Of a stretch of DNA of 64,000 nt, positions 13,482-26,064 are shown in pieces. Source of the stretch: Macrostomum lignano. Lineage: Eukaryota. The translations under genes were made by a program, and so were the position numbers. The stretch is from positions 310,001 through 374,000 of the forward strand of contig NIVC01000660.1 in the NCBI GenBank assembly GCA_002269645.1, written 5' to 3'. Each line of letters starts with the position of its first letter. The stretch's first letter is position 1. Under the pieces are notes generated by a model, which worked only from the letters and a program-made list of their open reading frames with translations, ran no database searches and was not told the origin of the DNA.

Positions 13482-16400
13482 ATGGGTGCCTTTCTTGACA
13501 AGCCGAAAACTGACAAGGTGAACGAATCTGGACACGGCAACGGCCTAGTTTATGGCCTGTCAAGCATGCAGGGCTGGCGTATCGAGATGGAGGATGCTCA
13601 TTGCGCCGTTACTGGGCTGCCTGGAAACCTTTCTAAATGGTCATTCTTTGCCGTATTCGATGGCCACGCTGGGGCTAGGATCAGCGCCTATTGTGCTGAA
13701 CAATTGCTTAATGCAATCGTTGAGACTGACGACTTTTGTAATTTAGACCCGGAAGATGCGCCACCTTTGGATGATGTGAAGCGAGGCATCACGGAAGGAT
13801 TTCTTAATCTAGACTGTCGGATGCGTCAAATTCCTGAGGTTTGCTTTTATCGCTTTTTATGTGCTTTTTATGCTACTGTCTATTCAGTAGCAAGTATAGA
13901 ATTGAGAAGATGAGATAAACATGAGATAGACATTCAGGTAGTCGAGTCAGATAATGTACATTCATATAGGCGAGTCAGATAATGTACATTCATATAGGCG
14001 AATCAGACAATGTACATTCAGATAGGCGAGTCAGACAATGTACATTTAGCTAGGCGAGTCAGACAATGTACATTCAGATGGCGAGTCAGACAATGTACAT
14101 TTAGCTAGGCGAGTCAGACAATGTACATTCAGATGGCGAGTCAGACAATGTACATTCAGGTTGGCGAGTCAGACAATGTACATTTAGCTAGGCGAGTCAG
14201 ACAATTTACATTCAGATAGGCGAGTCAGACAATGTACATTCAGGTAGGCTAGATAGTGATTATGTTAATTTTCATTCATTAGGGCGAGAAAAATGCACTA
14301 AATTCGAAGTATAGCTTTACTCTGCCCTGGGCTGGGAAATGAATAATTCATTTGGGTAATTATCACCTTCTCTACCTTATCTCAGGTGGAAATTGGCGAA
14401 GATAAGAGCGGCAGCACAGCCGTTTGCGTTTTAATTTCGCCGTCGCACATTTTTTTTGCTAATTGCGGCGATTCACGCGGCGTCCTGGTGCGCGGCGGCA
14501 GCGTGGCATTGGCTACCACGGATCACAAGCCTGTTAATCCTGGGGAGAGGGACCGGATTCAGAAGGCTGGCGGATCCGTTATGATTCAAAGGGTTCGTGT
14601 CTCTGATACTTGTGTTGTAGTGGTTTGGCTTGTTTTGTAGCTATTTAACTTGTTTACCTGGTCCCCAGGTGGTCAATCAGCTCATATACACCTGTACCCC
14701 AGGTAGTCATACCTGTTACCCAGATAGTCATATCTGTTGTCATGTAGTCATACCCGTTATCGAGGTAGTCAAACCTGTTACCTAGGTAGTCATATACCTG
14801 TTACCCAGGTAGTTATATACATGTTACCCAGGTATTCATATACCTGTTAATTCATTTCTAGTTTTAACTTTTAAGAAAATAGAAAACCATTGATTATTCC
14901 CTTTATTTTTTGTACTCTTTCCTTAATCCCATTTCAAAGTACCGGAGGACCGGACTTATCAAAAAGGTGCCGCTTTAAAAACAAGTAACTTCCGGTACTA
15001 AAAGTGCCGGAACTTTGCCCAACACTGCCTGTTACCCAGGTAGTCATATACCTGTTACCCAGGTAGTCATATACCTGTTACCCAGGTAGTCATATACCTG
15101 TTACCCAGGTAGTCATATACCTGTTACCCAGGTAGTCATATACCTGTTACCCAGGTAGTTATATACATGTTACCCAGGTATTCATATACCTGTTAATTCA
15201 TTTCTAGTTTTAACTTTTAAGAAAATAGAAAACCATTGATTATTCCCTTTATTTTTTGTACTCTTTCCTTAATCCCATTTCAAAGTACCGGAGGACCGGA
15301 CTTATCAAAAAGTAACCTTCTTTACCGAAGTCCGGCATTTTAAAAAAGAACCGGAAAAAGGTGCCGCTTTAAAAACAAGTAACTTCCGGTACTAAAAGTG
15401 CCGGAACTTTGCCCAACACTGCCTGTTACCCAGGTAGTCATATACCTGTTACCCAGGTAGTCATATACCTGTTACCCAGGTAGTCATACCTGTTACCCAG
15501 GTAGTCATATACCTGTTACCCAGGTAGTCATATACCTGTTACCCAGGTAGTCATATACCTGTTACCCAGGTAGTCATATACCTGTTACCCAGGTAGTCAT
15601 ATACCTGTTACCCAGGTAGTCATATACCTGTTACCCAGGTAGTCATATACCTGTTACCCAGGTAGTCATATACCTGTTACCCAGGTAGTCATATACCTGT
15701 TACCCAGGTAGTCATATATCCCTGCTCCCAAACCTCATCGCAGCTCCCATTCCCATCTTACCTGTAATCCAGGTAAACGGATCCCTAGCCGTCAGCAGAT
15801 CCCTAGGCGATTTCGAGTACAAAAACGTGTCAAACCGCGGCCCCACTGAGCAGCTGGTATCCCCGGAGCCAGAAATCTTTGCGATAGACCGGGACCAAGC
15901 CGCCGATCAATTTGTTGTGCTCGCCTGCGATGGCATCTGGGACGTGATGTCTAATGAAGAGCTGTGCAACTTTGTTCTGCATCGGACGCGCGTCTCTGAC
16001 AATTTGTCTCACGTGTGCAACGAAGTTGTCGATACCTGCCTGCACAAGGGCAGTCGCGACAATATGAGCGTTATTATTATTGCATTCGATAATGCGCCCA
16101 AGGTAATGGTTTATTTATTAGTTATTCCCCGATATCATGTCACACCGGGTGTACAGCTGCCTTATGACTTTCAAACATGCGAACGTGTTACAGAATTCGT
16201 GCGTTTCTATGAAAGTAGCTCCTTGATGTTTTTGTATAACATTTTAATATAATATGATATATTATGGATCACGAATTCTGCAACATGATAATATGTTATC
16301 CCTTAATGAATACAAAAAATATGCATGTTTGCTTGTACATGTTTTGAAAAAAAGTGTCGCTTCACAACGTTGAATTTCACTTTTACAGCGTCGAATTACG

Positions 16401-17119
16401 CTTTCAAAACGTCGAATTACACTTTCACAATGACGAATTACACTTTCACAATGACGAATTACACTTTCACAATGACGAATTTCACTTTCACAATGGCGAA
16501 TTACACTCTCACAATGGCTAATTACACTTTCCGCAATGGCGAATTACACTTTCACAATGACGAATTACACTTTCACAATGACGAATTACACTTTCACAAT
16601 GACGAATTACACTTTCACAATGGCTAATTACACTTTCACAATGACGAATTACACTTTCCACAATGGCGAATTACACTTTCCACAATGGCGAATTACACTT
16701 TCACAATGACGAATTTCACTTTCGCAATGGCGAATTACACTTTCCACAATGGCGAATTACACTTTCCACAATGGCTAATTACACTTTCACAATGACGAAT
16801 TACACTTTCACAATGACGAATTACACTTTGAACCGGGAATCGTACTTGAGGGAACTTGGAATGGAATCTGTTACGAAGCACCTCCTAGCTTCCTCAGTTT
16901 TCCAGTTATCAAGTTTGTTTAATCCGATTTTCTCACTCGTAATTCACAGGTGGATCCCGAAGCTGTCGAGGCGGACAAACAACTGAACGAAAAAATTGTT
17001 AAAACTGTTAAGGATAAAATGGAGGCATCGCCTAATCTAGATCTGATGCAGCTGTTCAGCCACGTCAAGGAGAAGCTGCAGGATGAGGCCATGCCACCTG
17101 GGGGCGGGCTGGCTAGCAA
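13482..17119 (+). CDS. PPM1A: Protein phosphatase 2C, PPM1A/PPM1B-like (exons 1-4; terminal exon uncertain, probably near 18100-18193)
   Basis: Exons 13482-13838, 14386-14592, 15773-16102 and 16950-17119, all GT-AG and phase-consistent. Motifs: [10 protein letters not shown]-terminus, [62 protein letters not shown], and C-terminal PPGGGLASK of the PPM1A/B tail. A versus B paralogy cannot be resolved by eye. Confidence 0.95.
13940..14250. repeat. ~29-30-bp minisatellite in PPM1 intron 1 (GACAATGTACATTCAGATAGGCGAGTCA)
   Basis: About ten tandem units. Confidence 0.95.
14690..15720. repeat. 23-bp minisatellite in PPM1 intron 2 (GTAGTCATATACCTGTTACCCAG), interrupted by a duplicated ~200-250-bp unique block
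   Basis: Tandem units seen directly; the block at about 14830-15030 recurs at about 15180-15425. Confidence 0.95.
16380..16830. repeat. 21-bp minisatellite in PPM1 intron 3 (CACAATGACGAATTACACTTT)
   Basis: About 20 units. Confidence 0.95.
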
Positions 17120-17149
17120 GTGAGTGCCTCTTGGTCATACCCAGATTCT

Positions 17150-18120
17150 AAGATCCACAGTTGCTGGGTCAGCCTCCCAGATCCTCAGTTGCTTGGCCAG
17201 CCTTCCAGATCCTCAGTTGCTTGGCCAGCCTCCCAGATCCTCAGTTGCTGGGCCACCAGCCTCCCAGATCCTCAGTTGCTTGGCCAGCCTCCCAGATCCT
17301 CAGTTGCTGGGCCAGCCTCCCAGATCCTCAGTTTCTGAGCCATCTGCCTCCCAGATCCTCAGTTGCTGGGCCACCAGCCTCCCAGATCCTCAGTTGCTGG
17401 GCCATCAGCCTCCCAGATCCTCAGTTGCTTGGCCAGCCTCCCAGATCCTCAGTTGCTGGGCCAGCCTCCCAGATCCTCAGTTTCTGAGCCATCTGCCTCC
17501 CAGATCCTCAGTTGCTGGGCCACCAGCCTCCCAGATCCTCAGTTGCTGGGCCATCAGCCTCCCAGATCCTCAGTTGCTGGGCCAGCCTCCCAGAGTGTCA
17601 GTTGCTGGGCCAGCCTCCCAGATCCTCAGTTGCTTGGCCAGCCTCCCAGATCCTCAGTTGCTGGGCCACCAGCCTCCCAGATCCTCAGTTGATGGGCCAG
17701 CCTCCCAGATCCTCAGTTTCTGAGACATCTGCCTCCCAGATCCTCAGTTGCTGGGCCACCAGCCTCCCAGATCCTCAGTTGCTGGGCCATCAGCCTCCCA
17801 GATCCTCAGTTGCTGGGCCATCAGCCTCCCAGATCCTCAGTTGCTGGGCCAGCCTCCCAGAGTGTCAGTTGCAGGGCCAGCCTCCCAGATTCTCAGTTGC
17901 TTGGCCAGCCTCCCAGATCCTCAGTTGCTGGGCCACCAGCCTCCCAGATCCTCAGTTGCTGGGCCAGCCTCCCAGATCCTCAGTTTCTGAGCCGTCTGCC
18001 TCCCAGATCCTCAGTTGCTGGGCCACCAGCCTCCCAGATCCTCAGTTGCTGGGCCAACAGCCTCCCAGATCCTCAGTTGCTGGGCCAGCCTCCCAGATCC
18101 CCCAGTTGCTGGCCCAGCCT
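17150..18120. repeat. 28-32-bp minisatellite in PPM1 intron 4 (CAGCCTCCCAGATCCTCAGTTGCTGGGC[CAC])
   Basis: About 30 units; source of the overlapping 17120-18193 ORFs. Confidence 0.95.
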
Positions 18121-19024
18121 CTTAGATTCGGTTTGTGGATCAGCTACCCTTGCTCTTAAAACCTCCCGAACTCGATCAGTTATTCGCTGGTGACTGTGAT
18201 GGAGAACTTTTGCAACGCTTTCCAGAATTCCGATAATCGAGGAGACGCACAAGAGTCTCACGGCGACCCCGGATTCTGAAAACAATTGATTTCCCCGAGC
18301 TGTCGTTTTGTCTGCCTTGTGACCGATTGATTCATTACAAATTGAACTTCTACTAAAAAAAATAGTTTTAATGAGACAAAATAATCGAAATTTCAAAAAA
18401 AAGAAATCAATACAAGCTATGACAATAAGTGTGATCTGCTCGGGTAGTTATAATTGATTTTCCACCCTTCTTGTACTCGTATATCGATGTAATCAAGAAA
18501 TTGTTAGTAAAGTGTGCGGTGTGTTTTAATATTTAATTTATTTTTAAGTTAAAATTATGTTTGTCATTTTATTACTTACATTTGTGTTATTTGTTTGTGT
18601 ACAAGATTTTGTTCAAACTGTGTTTTTGTCTTTGCTGAAAAAAATTCAAGTTTAGTTCGAACTGAAATTTCGCGATCGTTTTAAGCAAAACTGCCGAGTG
18701 TTGTGCGTTGTTGTGTTTTGCACTGTAATTGTATAAACCATCCGAAGTCTTTGTGTCATCTTATACTCTCGGGGTAATTCTTTGTTTACATCTTGCACGA
18801 GCGTTTTTCGGGTTATTTTTGTGAACTGTTTGTAATTTTAATTTTTCAAAAAAGCTTATGATTTTGTGTCCATTGCCCAGCGATATTTGCTGTTTACTCA
18901 AGAAAGCGTTTATTGCTTTGTTTGTTAACCGAATGTTTCATTCAGTACTGGTTACTGGGGTTTACGTAATTTCAATTGAAGTGTTGCTCGCTTTGAAATG
19001 CAACGACTTTGCGCCTTCACCGTA

Positions 19025-19510
19025 AATTCACTCCCTACCGGCCTGCCCCAATGTACATTCACTCCCTACCGGCCTGCCCCAATGTACATTCACTCCCTAC
19101 CGGTCTGCCCCAATGTACATTCACTCCCTACCGGCTTGCCCCAATGTACATTCACTTCCTACCGGCTTGCCCCAATGTACAGTCAATCCCTATCTACCTG
19201 CCCCCAATGTACATTCACTTCCTACCAGCCTGCCCCCTTCCCCCCAAAGTACATTCAATTCCTCCCGGCCTGCCCCCAATGTACATTCACTCCCTACCGG
19301 CTTGCCCCAATGTACATTCACTTCCTACCGGCTTGCCCCAATGTCACTCCCTACCGGCTTGCCCCAATGTCACTCCCTACCGGCTTACCCCAATGTACAT
19401 TCACTTCCTACCGGCCTGCCCCCATTGTACAGTCAATCCCTATCTGCCTGCCTCCTTCCCCCCAAAGTACATTCAATTCCTCCCGGCCTTCCCCCAATGT
19501 ACATTCAATG
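19025..19510. repeat. 31-bp minisatellite downstream of PPM1 (CACTCCCTACCGGCCTGCCCCAATGTACATT)
   Basis: Tandem units with a 31-bp period. Confidence 0.95.
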
Positions 19511-21124
19511 GACATAAAACGAGTCCTATACTCGTATACTAATTGAAGGGAGCAACATTAAAATCGAGTTATTTATTTCGACTACTCGTAGCAAGAGTTA
19601 TTAATAATTAAAAGATAACAAGCCAGACACGTTGAACATACCATCTGTTGTACAGTTTAAAATATTTTACTTCTTTTTAACTTGAACATGTATAAACGTG
19701 TTAATTCAATAAGCAGAAATTTCATCGCTCCCTTATTTATTAATTATTTTGTGAATCCAACTGGCGTCGCTCAGGCCTGCATGTTTCCTATTTTGTTCTC
19801 TTTGAAATAGAATGTACTTCAGAGATTTTGTACAGTAAGTTCGGGTGCCCAAATCTTCTATTCATTTTTTGCTTATTTATTTATATTGTTTCCTGGTGTT
19901 CGACTGAGTAATTTATCAGAATTTTCACACTTGTTTGATTAAAATATCGTAAAGTTATTTTTTGTCTGTGTGCAGCCTGCGTGCGCTTTCTTTTTGTGTC
20001 TCTCTGATTGATGGCATGCGTCAGTCTGTTCGTTGTTGTAGTTGGCTGGTTGGCCAGTTGATTAAATAAAGTTGCTACTTTATATAGGTTTATATGATCT
20101 GTAATTGATAGTTAAGTAAACAGAGTTTTATATAAACTTGTGTTAGGCGATTAGTCGCAACCTATATATGAGTATGCTACTCAATTAAGTGTTCAAGTAG
20201 TTAGTCGCGATAGGCTATACTGTAAAAGTTTATGGATAAAAATTAAGAATTAATATAATTTGCGCGTTAACTAACCTTATAGATACATAGTTGCACATTA
20301 GTATGAATTATTATTATTAATAATATATTTATTGTTATAACAATAGTGCACCCGAGATTAGCTCCTAGGTGCGCTAGTGTGTGATAAAATAATCTACTTA
20401 TAATACTTATTTATTTATCCAATCAAATTCGCCCCTTTTACCCTTTCTATATCACTAATCCGCTTAATTTGCACTATATACTACTAATAATCTAAGCGTT
20501 TTTCATAATCAATGCTTCTATTATTTTTGTCTGGCCGGCGCCATTTCATCCTTGTAAAATTTTCTCAAAAACCAATATTATATTTATATACAGTTTGGTC
20601 AAGTCAAGTAGTAATTAATTATATAATTCCATTAATGTGAGTGAGTTATCAACTATCAACTATAACTATAATCATTAATAATTACCTTTATACTCCTGGT
20701 ACACATCGCCTTTTTCTAATTAAAAAAACTGAAACTGTCTGCCATAGTATCAATAGTAAAATTCATTAAAATTTAATTACTTCTACTATTTTAGTTTTGT
20801 TTATTTATAGCTCGTATAATTCGTGCGCAACATTTCGATGGCGATGATTCGAAGAAATAATTTTGGCCATTTTTTATTGCGCTTGTAAAACTCCCCTGTT
20901 GTGTCATGGTTGAGTTGAAAAAAATATACAAATCTATTGGACGCATTGTGTGCGAATGTTGAAATCATATAGGAAGCTAGAGATATAAGTATGATTTTAA
21001 CTCTTGCGTAATAACCTAACTCTAAATTAATTCACTGGATCATTTTGTTTTTATCTTTTTTTATTTTCTAAGTTTGTCGTATGTACCGGTAAATGGTACA
21101 GTGCTGGGAGTTGAAAACTGGGCT

Positions 21125-21490
21125 AGTGTGTACATTGAGTATGTACAGTGCTGGGGTAGTAAATTAGGCCTGTGTGTACATTGAGTACAGTATCTGCAAC
21201 GCTAGGGTAGGGAATAGGACCTGTGTGTACATTGAGTAGCAGTGTCTGGGGTAGAAAGTTCGGCCTGTGTGTACATTGAGTATGTGCAGTGTCTGGGGTA
21301 GAAAGTTCGGCCTGTGTGTACATTGAGTACAGTATCTGCAACGCTAGGGTAGGGAATAGGACCTGTGTGTACATTGAGTATGTGCAGTGACTGGGGTAGA
21401 GAATATTGGGCTTGTGTGCACATTGAGTATTTGCAGTGACTGGGGCAGAGAATATTGGGCCTGTGTGCACATTGAGTGTGTACAGTGCTG
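21125..21490. repeat. ~42-48-bp degenerate tandem repeat with core GTGTACATTGAGTA
   Basis: About eight units upstream of the uncharacterised gene. Confidence 0.9.
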
Positions 21491-21811
21491 AGGTAGACAT
21501 CAATCAGGGTTGTTTGCATAGTAGATCTGCAATTATTAAATGTATTATAATTACAGAGCAGTGTACTACGAACTATATATCAATAAAAGAATTCTTTTAT
21601 AGGCTTAAACGTCTATGGCAAAGATAGCAGCGAAATCCTGCTTTGATTAAACTTGAAGAACTAAAAAAGCTTTTCTTCTATATAAAATAATTCCTCACTA
21701 GCCCGATAATGTTGATATAAACTTGTCACTTGCAAAGGTTACATCGGCTCTGGAGCACAGGTAGCCAAATAGGACAATTTTTGTAAGCTTTGAGCCAGAG
21801 CGGCAGCAATT

Positions 21812-24800
21812 ATGGACTTTGTTGACAAGCAGGGCAGCTCGGCGGGCACTTCGGCTCATCATCCATGGTGGGATGAGGTCCGCTATTCTAATAATCCAGT
21901 TGTGGGACAGTCACCAGGTGAGGTCGATTGGCTGGGTAATATTAAAACTTTTTTGGAAGGCCTGTTGCTTTAGCCATCAATATCAACTCACACCTAATTG
22001 ATTGTTTTTTTTCTAGCGCCTCATCAGCACCAGCATCAGTGCAGCGTCTTGCCTTCAGCCGCCTCAACCCCAACGCCCAGGCATTCGACGAGAATGTTGC
22101 CCTCGCCAAGTCAGCTTCGATATCAGCCTCATCATCAGCAGCAGCAGCAGCTTCACAGGTTCGCGCACGAGCACTCCGATCCGTCATCGTCGAGGATTGT
22201 CTCACCAGGCTCCGTTTCCATGGCAACCGCCACCGGAGACGCGGCGGCTTCCGTTGCCACAGTCGTCACCTCCTCGGAGATCGACTGGTTGAACCAGCAG
22301 CTGACGGACATTCAACAGCTGCGAAGGCATTCGCAGTTGAATGGCGGCGATGGTCGAGCTGAGCAACGTGAAGAGGTCAACGTTAACAATGCGGAACTGC
22401 GGCAGGACCAAGAAGTCGGAGACAATGCCAGCAATATTCAAGCAGGTTCGTCGCAACCAGAATCCTCACAACCAGAATCCTCACAACCAGAATCCTCACA
22501 ACCAGAATCCTCACAACCTGAATCCTCACAATTAGAATCCTCACAACCTGAATCCTCACAACCAGAATCCTCACAACCAGAATCCTCACAACCAGAATCC
22601 TCACAACCAGAATCCTCACAACCAGAATCCTCACAACCTGAATCCTCACAACCTGAATCCTCACAAACAGAATCCTCACCATCAGAATCCTCACAATCAG
22701 AATCCTCACAGCCAGAATCCTCACAGCCAGAAGCCTCACCATCAGAATCCTCACAACCAGAATCGTCACAACCAGAATCCTCACCATTAGAATCCTCACC
22801 ATCAGAATCCTCACAATCAGAATCCTCACAACCAGAATCCTCACAACCAGAATCCTCACAAACAGAATCCTCACCATCAGAATCCTCACCATCAGAATCC
22901 TCACAACCAGAATCCTCACAGCCAGAATCCTCACAACCAGAATCCTCACAGCCAGAATCCTCACAGCCAGAATCCTCACAGCCAGAATCCTTACAGCCAG
23001 AATCCTCACAGCCAGTCCACCCACTGAATTTTAATCTTAGCCCGACCACATTCCGCCGCCGCGTCGCCCTGTCGCCATGGCAACCGGCATCATCGCCGTC
23101 GGCATCATCGCCGCCGACGCTATCATCGCCGACGCCATTCTCCAACGTCATTTTCGTCGCGCACATCGTCGTCTCTGTCCAACACCCGAGACGGCAGCTC
23201 GGCCGGTTCAGCCTCCTCATCTTCATCGACTGATTCCGAGTCCGAGTCGTCTCGATCGTCACATGCCGCCGCCGCCGCCGATGCCGTCGGCGCTGCTTCC
23301 AGGAGCTTCGCAGCGATGCCGAAGCAGGTCGACAGCGGCCTCGGCGGCGGGCCCAGCATCGAGTCCGTGTACACCAATTTCCTCAGCATCTCGCAGCGGT
23401 TGAGCTCCTTGATATCCGAATATTACAGTGGCGCTGCTCCGCTGGACTTCAAAAGTCAGCAGCAGCCGCCGCCGCTGCCGCCGCCGCCCCCCACCAGGCA
23501 GCTGTCGCTGGTGGCCTCTCGCAGCACTGCCGCCGCAATCTATCAGGGCGACGACACTCCTGAGGAGAAATCTCCCAATAATCCCGTCGCTTCTTCGTCG
23601 CTGATTTTGCCCAGCCCGTTGAGACGGTCAATGAGCAATCGGCGCAGGGAGCAGGGACTTCAGCAGCAGCAGCAGCGGGTTCAGCTGCCGCCGCCTCCGC
23701 GACCTCTGCCACCGCTGCCGCAAATACAGCAGCATCAGCAGCAGCAGCGGCAACACCAACCTGAGTCAAGGGCATCTAAAAAAGAGCGAAAAGAGAAGTC
23801 TAAGTCCAGGCATCATCATTCGAAGAGTAAGGTAAATATATCCCCGATGATTTGTGAATCATCCCGATGATTTGTGAATCATCCCGATGATTTGTGAATC
23901 ATCCCGATGATTTGTGAATCATCCCGATGATTTGTGAATCATCCCGATGATTTGTGAATCATCCCGATGATTTGTGAATCATCCCGATGATTTGTGAATC
24001 ATCCCGATGATTTGTGAATCATCCCGATGATTTGTGAATCATCCCGATGATTTGTGAATCATCCCGATGATTTGTAAATCATCCCGATGATTTCTGAATC
24101 ATCCCGATGATTTGTGAATCATCCCGATGATTTGTGAATCATCCCGATGATTTGTGAATCATTCCGATGATTTGTGAATCATTCCGATGATTTGTGAATC
24201 ATTCCGATGATTTGTGAATCATTCCGATGATTTGTGAATCATTCCGATGATTTGTGAATCATCCCGATGATTTGTGAATCATCCCGAAGAGTTGTGAATC
24301 ATCCCGATGATTTGTGAATCATCCCGATGATTTGTGAATCATTCCGATGATTTGTGAATCATCTCGCCTTTTTGTGAATCATTCCCATGATTTGTGAATC
24401 ACCCCCGATGATTTGTGAATCACCCCCGATGTTTTGTGAATATACCCGATATTTTGTGAATCATCTCGCCTTTTTGTGAATCATTCCCATGATTTGTGAA
24501 TCACCCCCGATGATTTGTGAATCACCCCCGATGTTTTGTGAATATACCCGATATTTTGTGAATCATTCCCATGATTTGTGAATCACCCCGATGTTTTGTG
24601 AATATACCCGATATTTTGTGAATCATTCCGATGATTTGTGAATCATCCCGATGATTTGTGAATGATCCCGATGATTTGTGAATCATCCCGATGATTTGTG
24701 AATCATCCCGATGATTTGTGAATCATCTCGCCTTTTTGTGAATCATCTCGCCTTTTTGTGAATCATTCCCATGATTTGTGAATCACCCCCGATGATTTGT

Positions 24801-25974
24801 GAATCACCCCCGATGATTTGTGAATCACCCCTGATGTTTTGTGAATCATCCCAGCTATTTGTGAATCATCCTAATTCGTCTGTGAATGATCCCAATTCAG
24901 TCTGTGAATGATCCCAATTCAGTCTGTGAATGATCCCAATTCAGTCTGTGAATGATCCCAATTCAGTCTGTGAATGATCCCAATTCAGTCTGTGAATGAT
25001 CCCAATTCAGTCTGTGAATGATCCCAATTCAGTCTGTGAATGATCCCAATTCAGTCTGTGAATGATCCCAATTTATGACTACATGACTAGCCAAATGTCT
25101 CCCCCAGCAGCAGCACCGATCAGAGAGCGTCGCGGGCGGCAGCGGCAGCAACAGCAAAGGCGGTTTCGGCAGCCGGATTCGAGCCTCTCTAAGCAAGAAA
25201 TTTTCACCAAGACAACGACATACGCAACAGGATGAGCAGTCGGCTGTTGCTGAAGAGCATCTGCAGCAACAGCAAAAGCAACACGAAAACTTCAATCAGA
25301 AGAAGGAGCTGGCTTCGCGACCAACAGCAACAACAACAGCGGCGGCGTCGGGGGCGGCATCGTCGACCGTCGATTATCCTCGGAGCAACATCGGCAGAGA
25401 GGCTGCTGTCAACGAAGCTGCGTCGGCGACAAAAGAATCATCGACGACAGCTTTGGCTGCGGCGGCGGCAGTGTCGGCAGCGGGCGAATCGGCTCGGCAG
25501 CCAGTCGGTCTGGACAGTCGGGTGCCGTTGTTATTCAGCGACAGCCAGCCTGCCGATCCCTGCTTAGCCAAGTTGCAGCGGCTCCGGGCCACTGTGCTGG
25601 ATTTGGTTCAGCGCAGCGTCGACCCGGTGCTGAAGTCGTTGCGCGACATTCAATCGGCTGGCACTGGCGGCGGCGCTAAAGCCGCGCCTCAGACTGCCGG
25701 CGCCGGGGTTGCGACTGAAGTGTCGGCCACTCTGGCCGACGTGATGTCGCTGATGGAGCTGCTAAGCCGCAGCGTGATGCTGGTCTCCATGCACAACCTT
25801 GATCCCAACTCGCTGAAGCTGGTGTACTTGTCGTCGAGTTATATTCGATCGTTGAAGAGGCTGTCGAAAGGCTTGCAGGCTTCTGACTTGGTCGCTTCGG
25901 CTGGCGGCACCGCCGATGAAGCTGCCGCCGGAGATGCTGAGGATGCTGACCGGGTGAGCCGGCTGGAGCTCTAG
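21812..25974 (+). CDS. Uncharacterised 730-aa low-complexity (Q/S/A/P/H/R-rich) protein with a predicted helical C-terminal region
   Basis: Exons 21812-21917, 22017-22445, 23041-23831 and 25108-25974 (2193 nt = 731 codons, TAG stop). All three junctions are GT-AG and keep the frame (phases 1, 1, 0), linking track ORFs 21998, 23316 and 25453. No family recognised. Confidence 0.75.
22214..22227. promoter_or_regulatory. RFX X-box consensus (GTTTCCATGGCAAC) inside a coding exon; second copy GTCGCCATGGCAAC at 23071-23084
   Basis: Matches the GTNNYC-AT-GGCAAC X-box consensus; function is untested. Confidence 0.35.
22454..23015. repeat. 15-bp minisatellite (CAACCAGAATCCTCA) in intron 2 of the uncharacterised gene
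   Basis: About 37 units; reads as (QPESS)n if the intron is retained. Confidence 0.95.
23842..25072. repeat. 20-bp hairpin minisatellite (GATGATTTGTGAATCATCCC) grading into a 22-bp variant (GTCTGTGAATGATCCCAATTCA), intron 3 of the uncharacterised gene
   Basis: About 50 + 9 units filling almost the whole intron. Confidence 0.95.
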
Positions 25975-26064
25975 GCATCGGCTGCTCGCTGATTGGTGCG
26001 GACTTGTTTAACGCACCAGGATAAGCCATGCGGTTCAGTTCTCAGCCTGCAAATGTTCGAGGCT

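Noticed and set aside
17121-18193. A definite PPM1 terminal exon
   Set aside because: Several CAG/TAG acceptors at the end of the array give different short tails, and an unspliced TGA at 17121 is also possible; this cannot be resolved without RNA data.
22039-22362. PAM2-like motif (SRLNPNAQAF) in an alternative frame of the orphan gene's exon 2
   Set aside because: It is not in the frame supported by both splice junctions and lacks the conserved E/F-x-P ending; likely chance.
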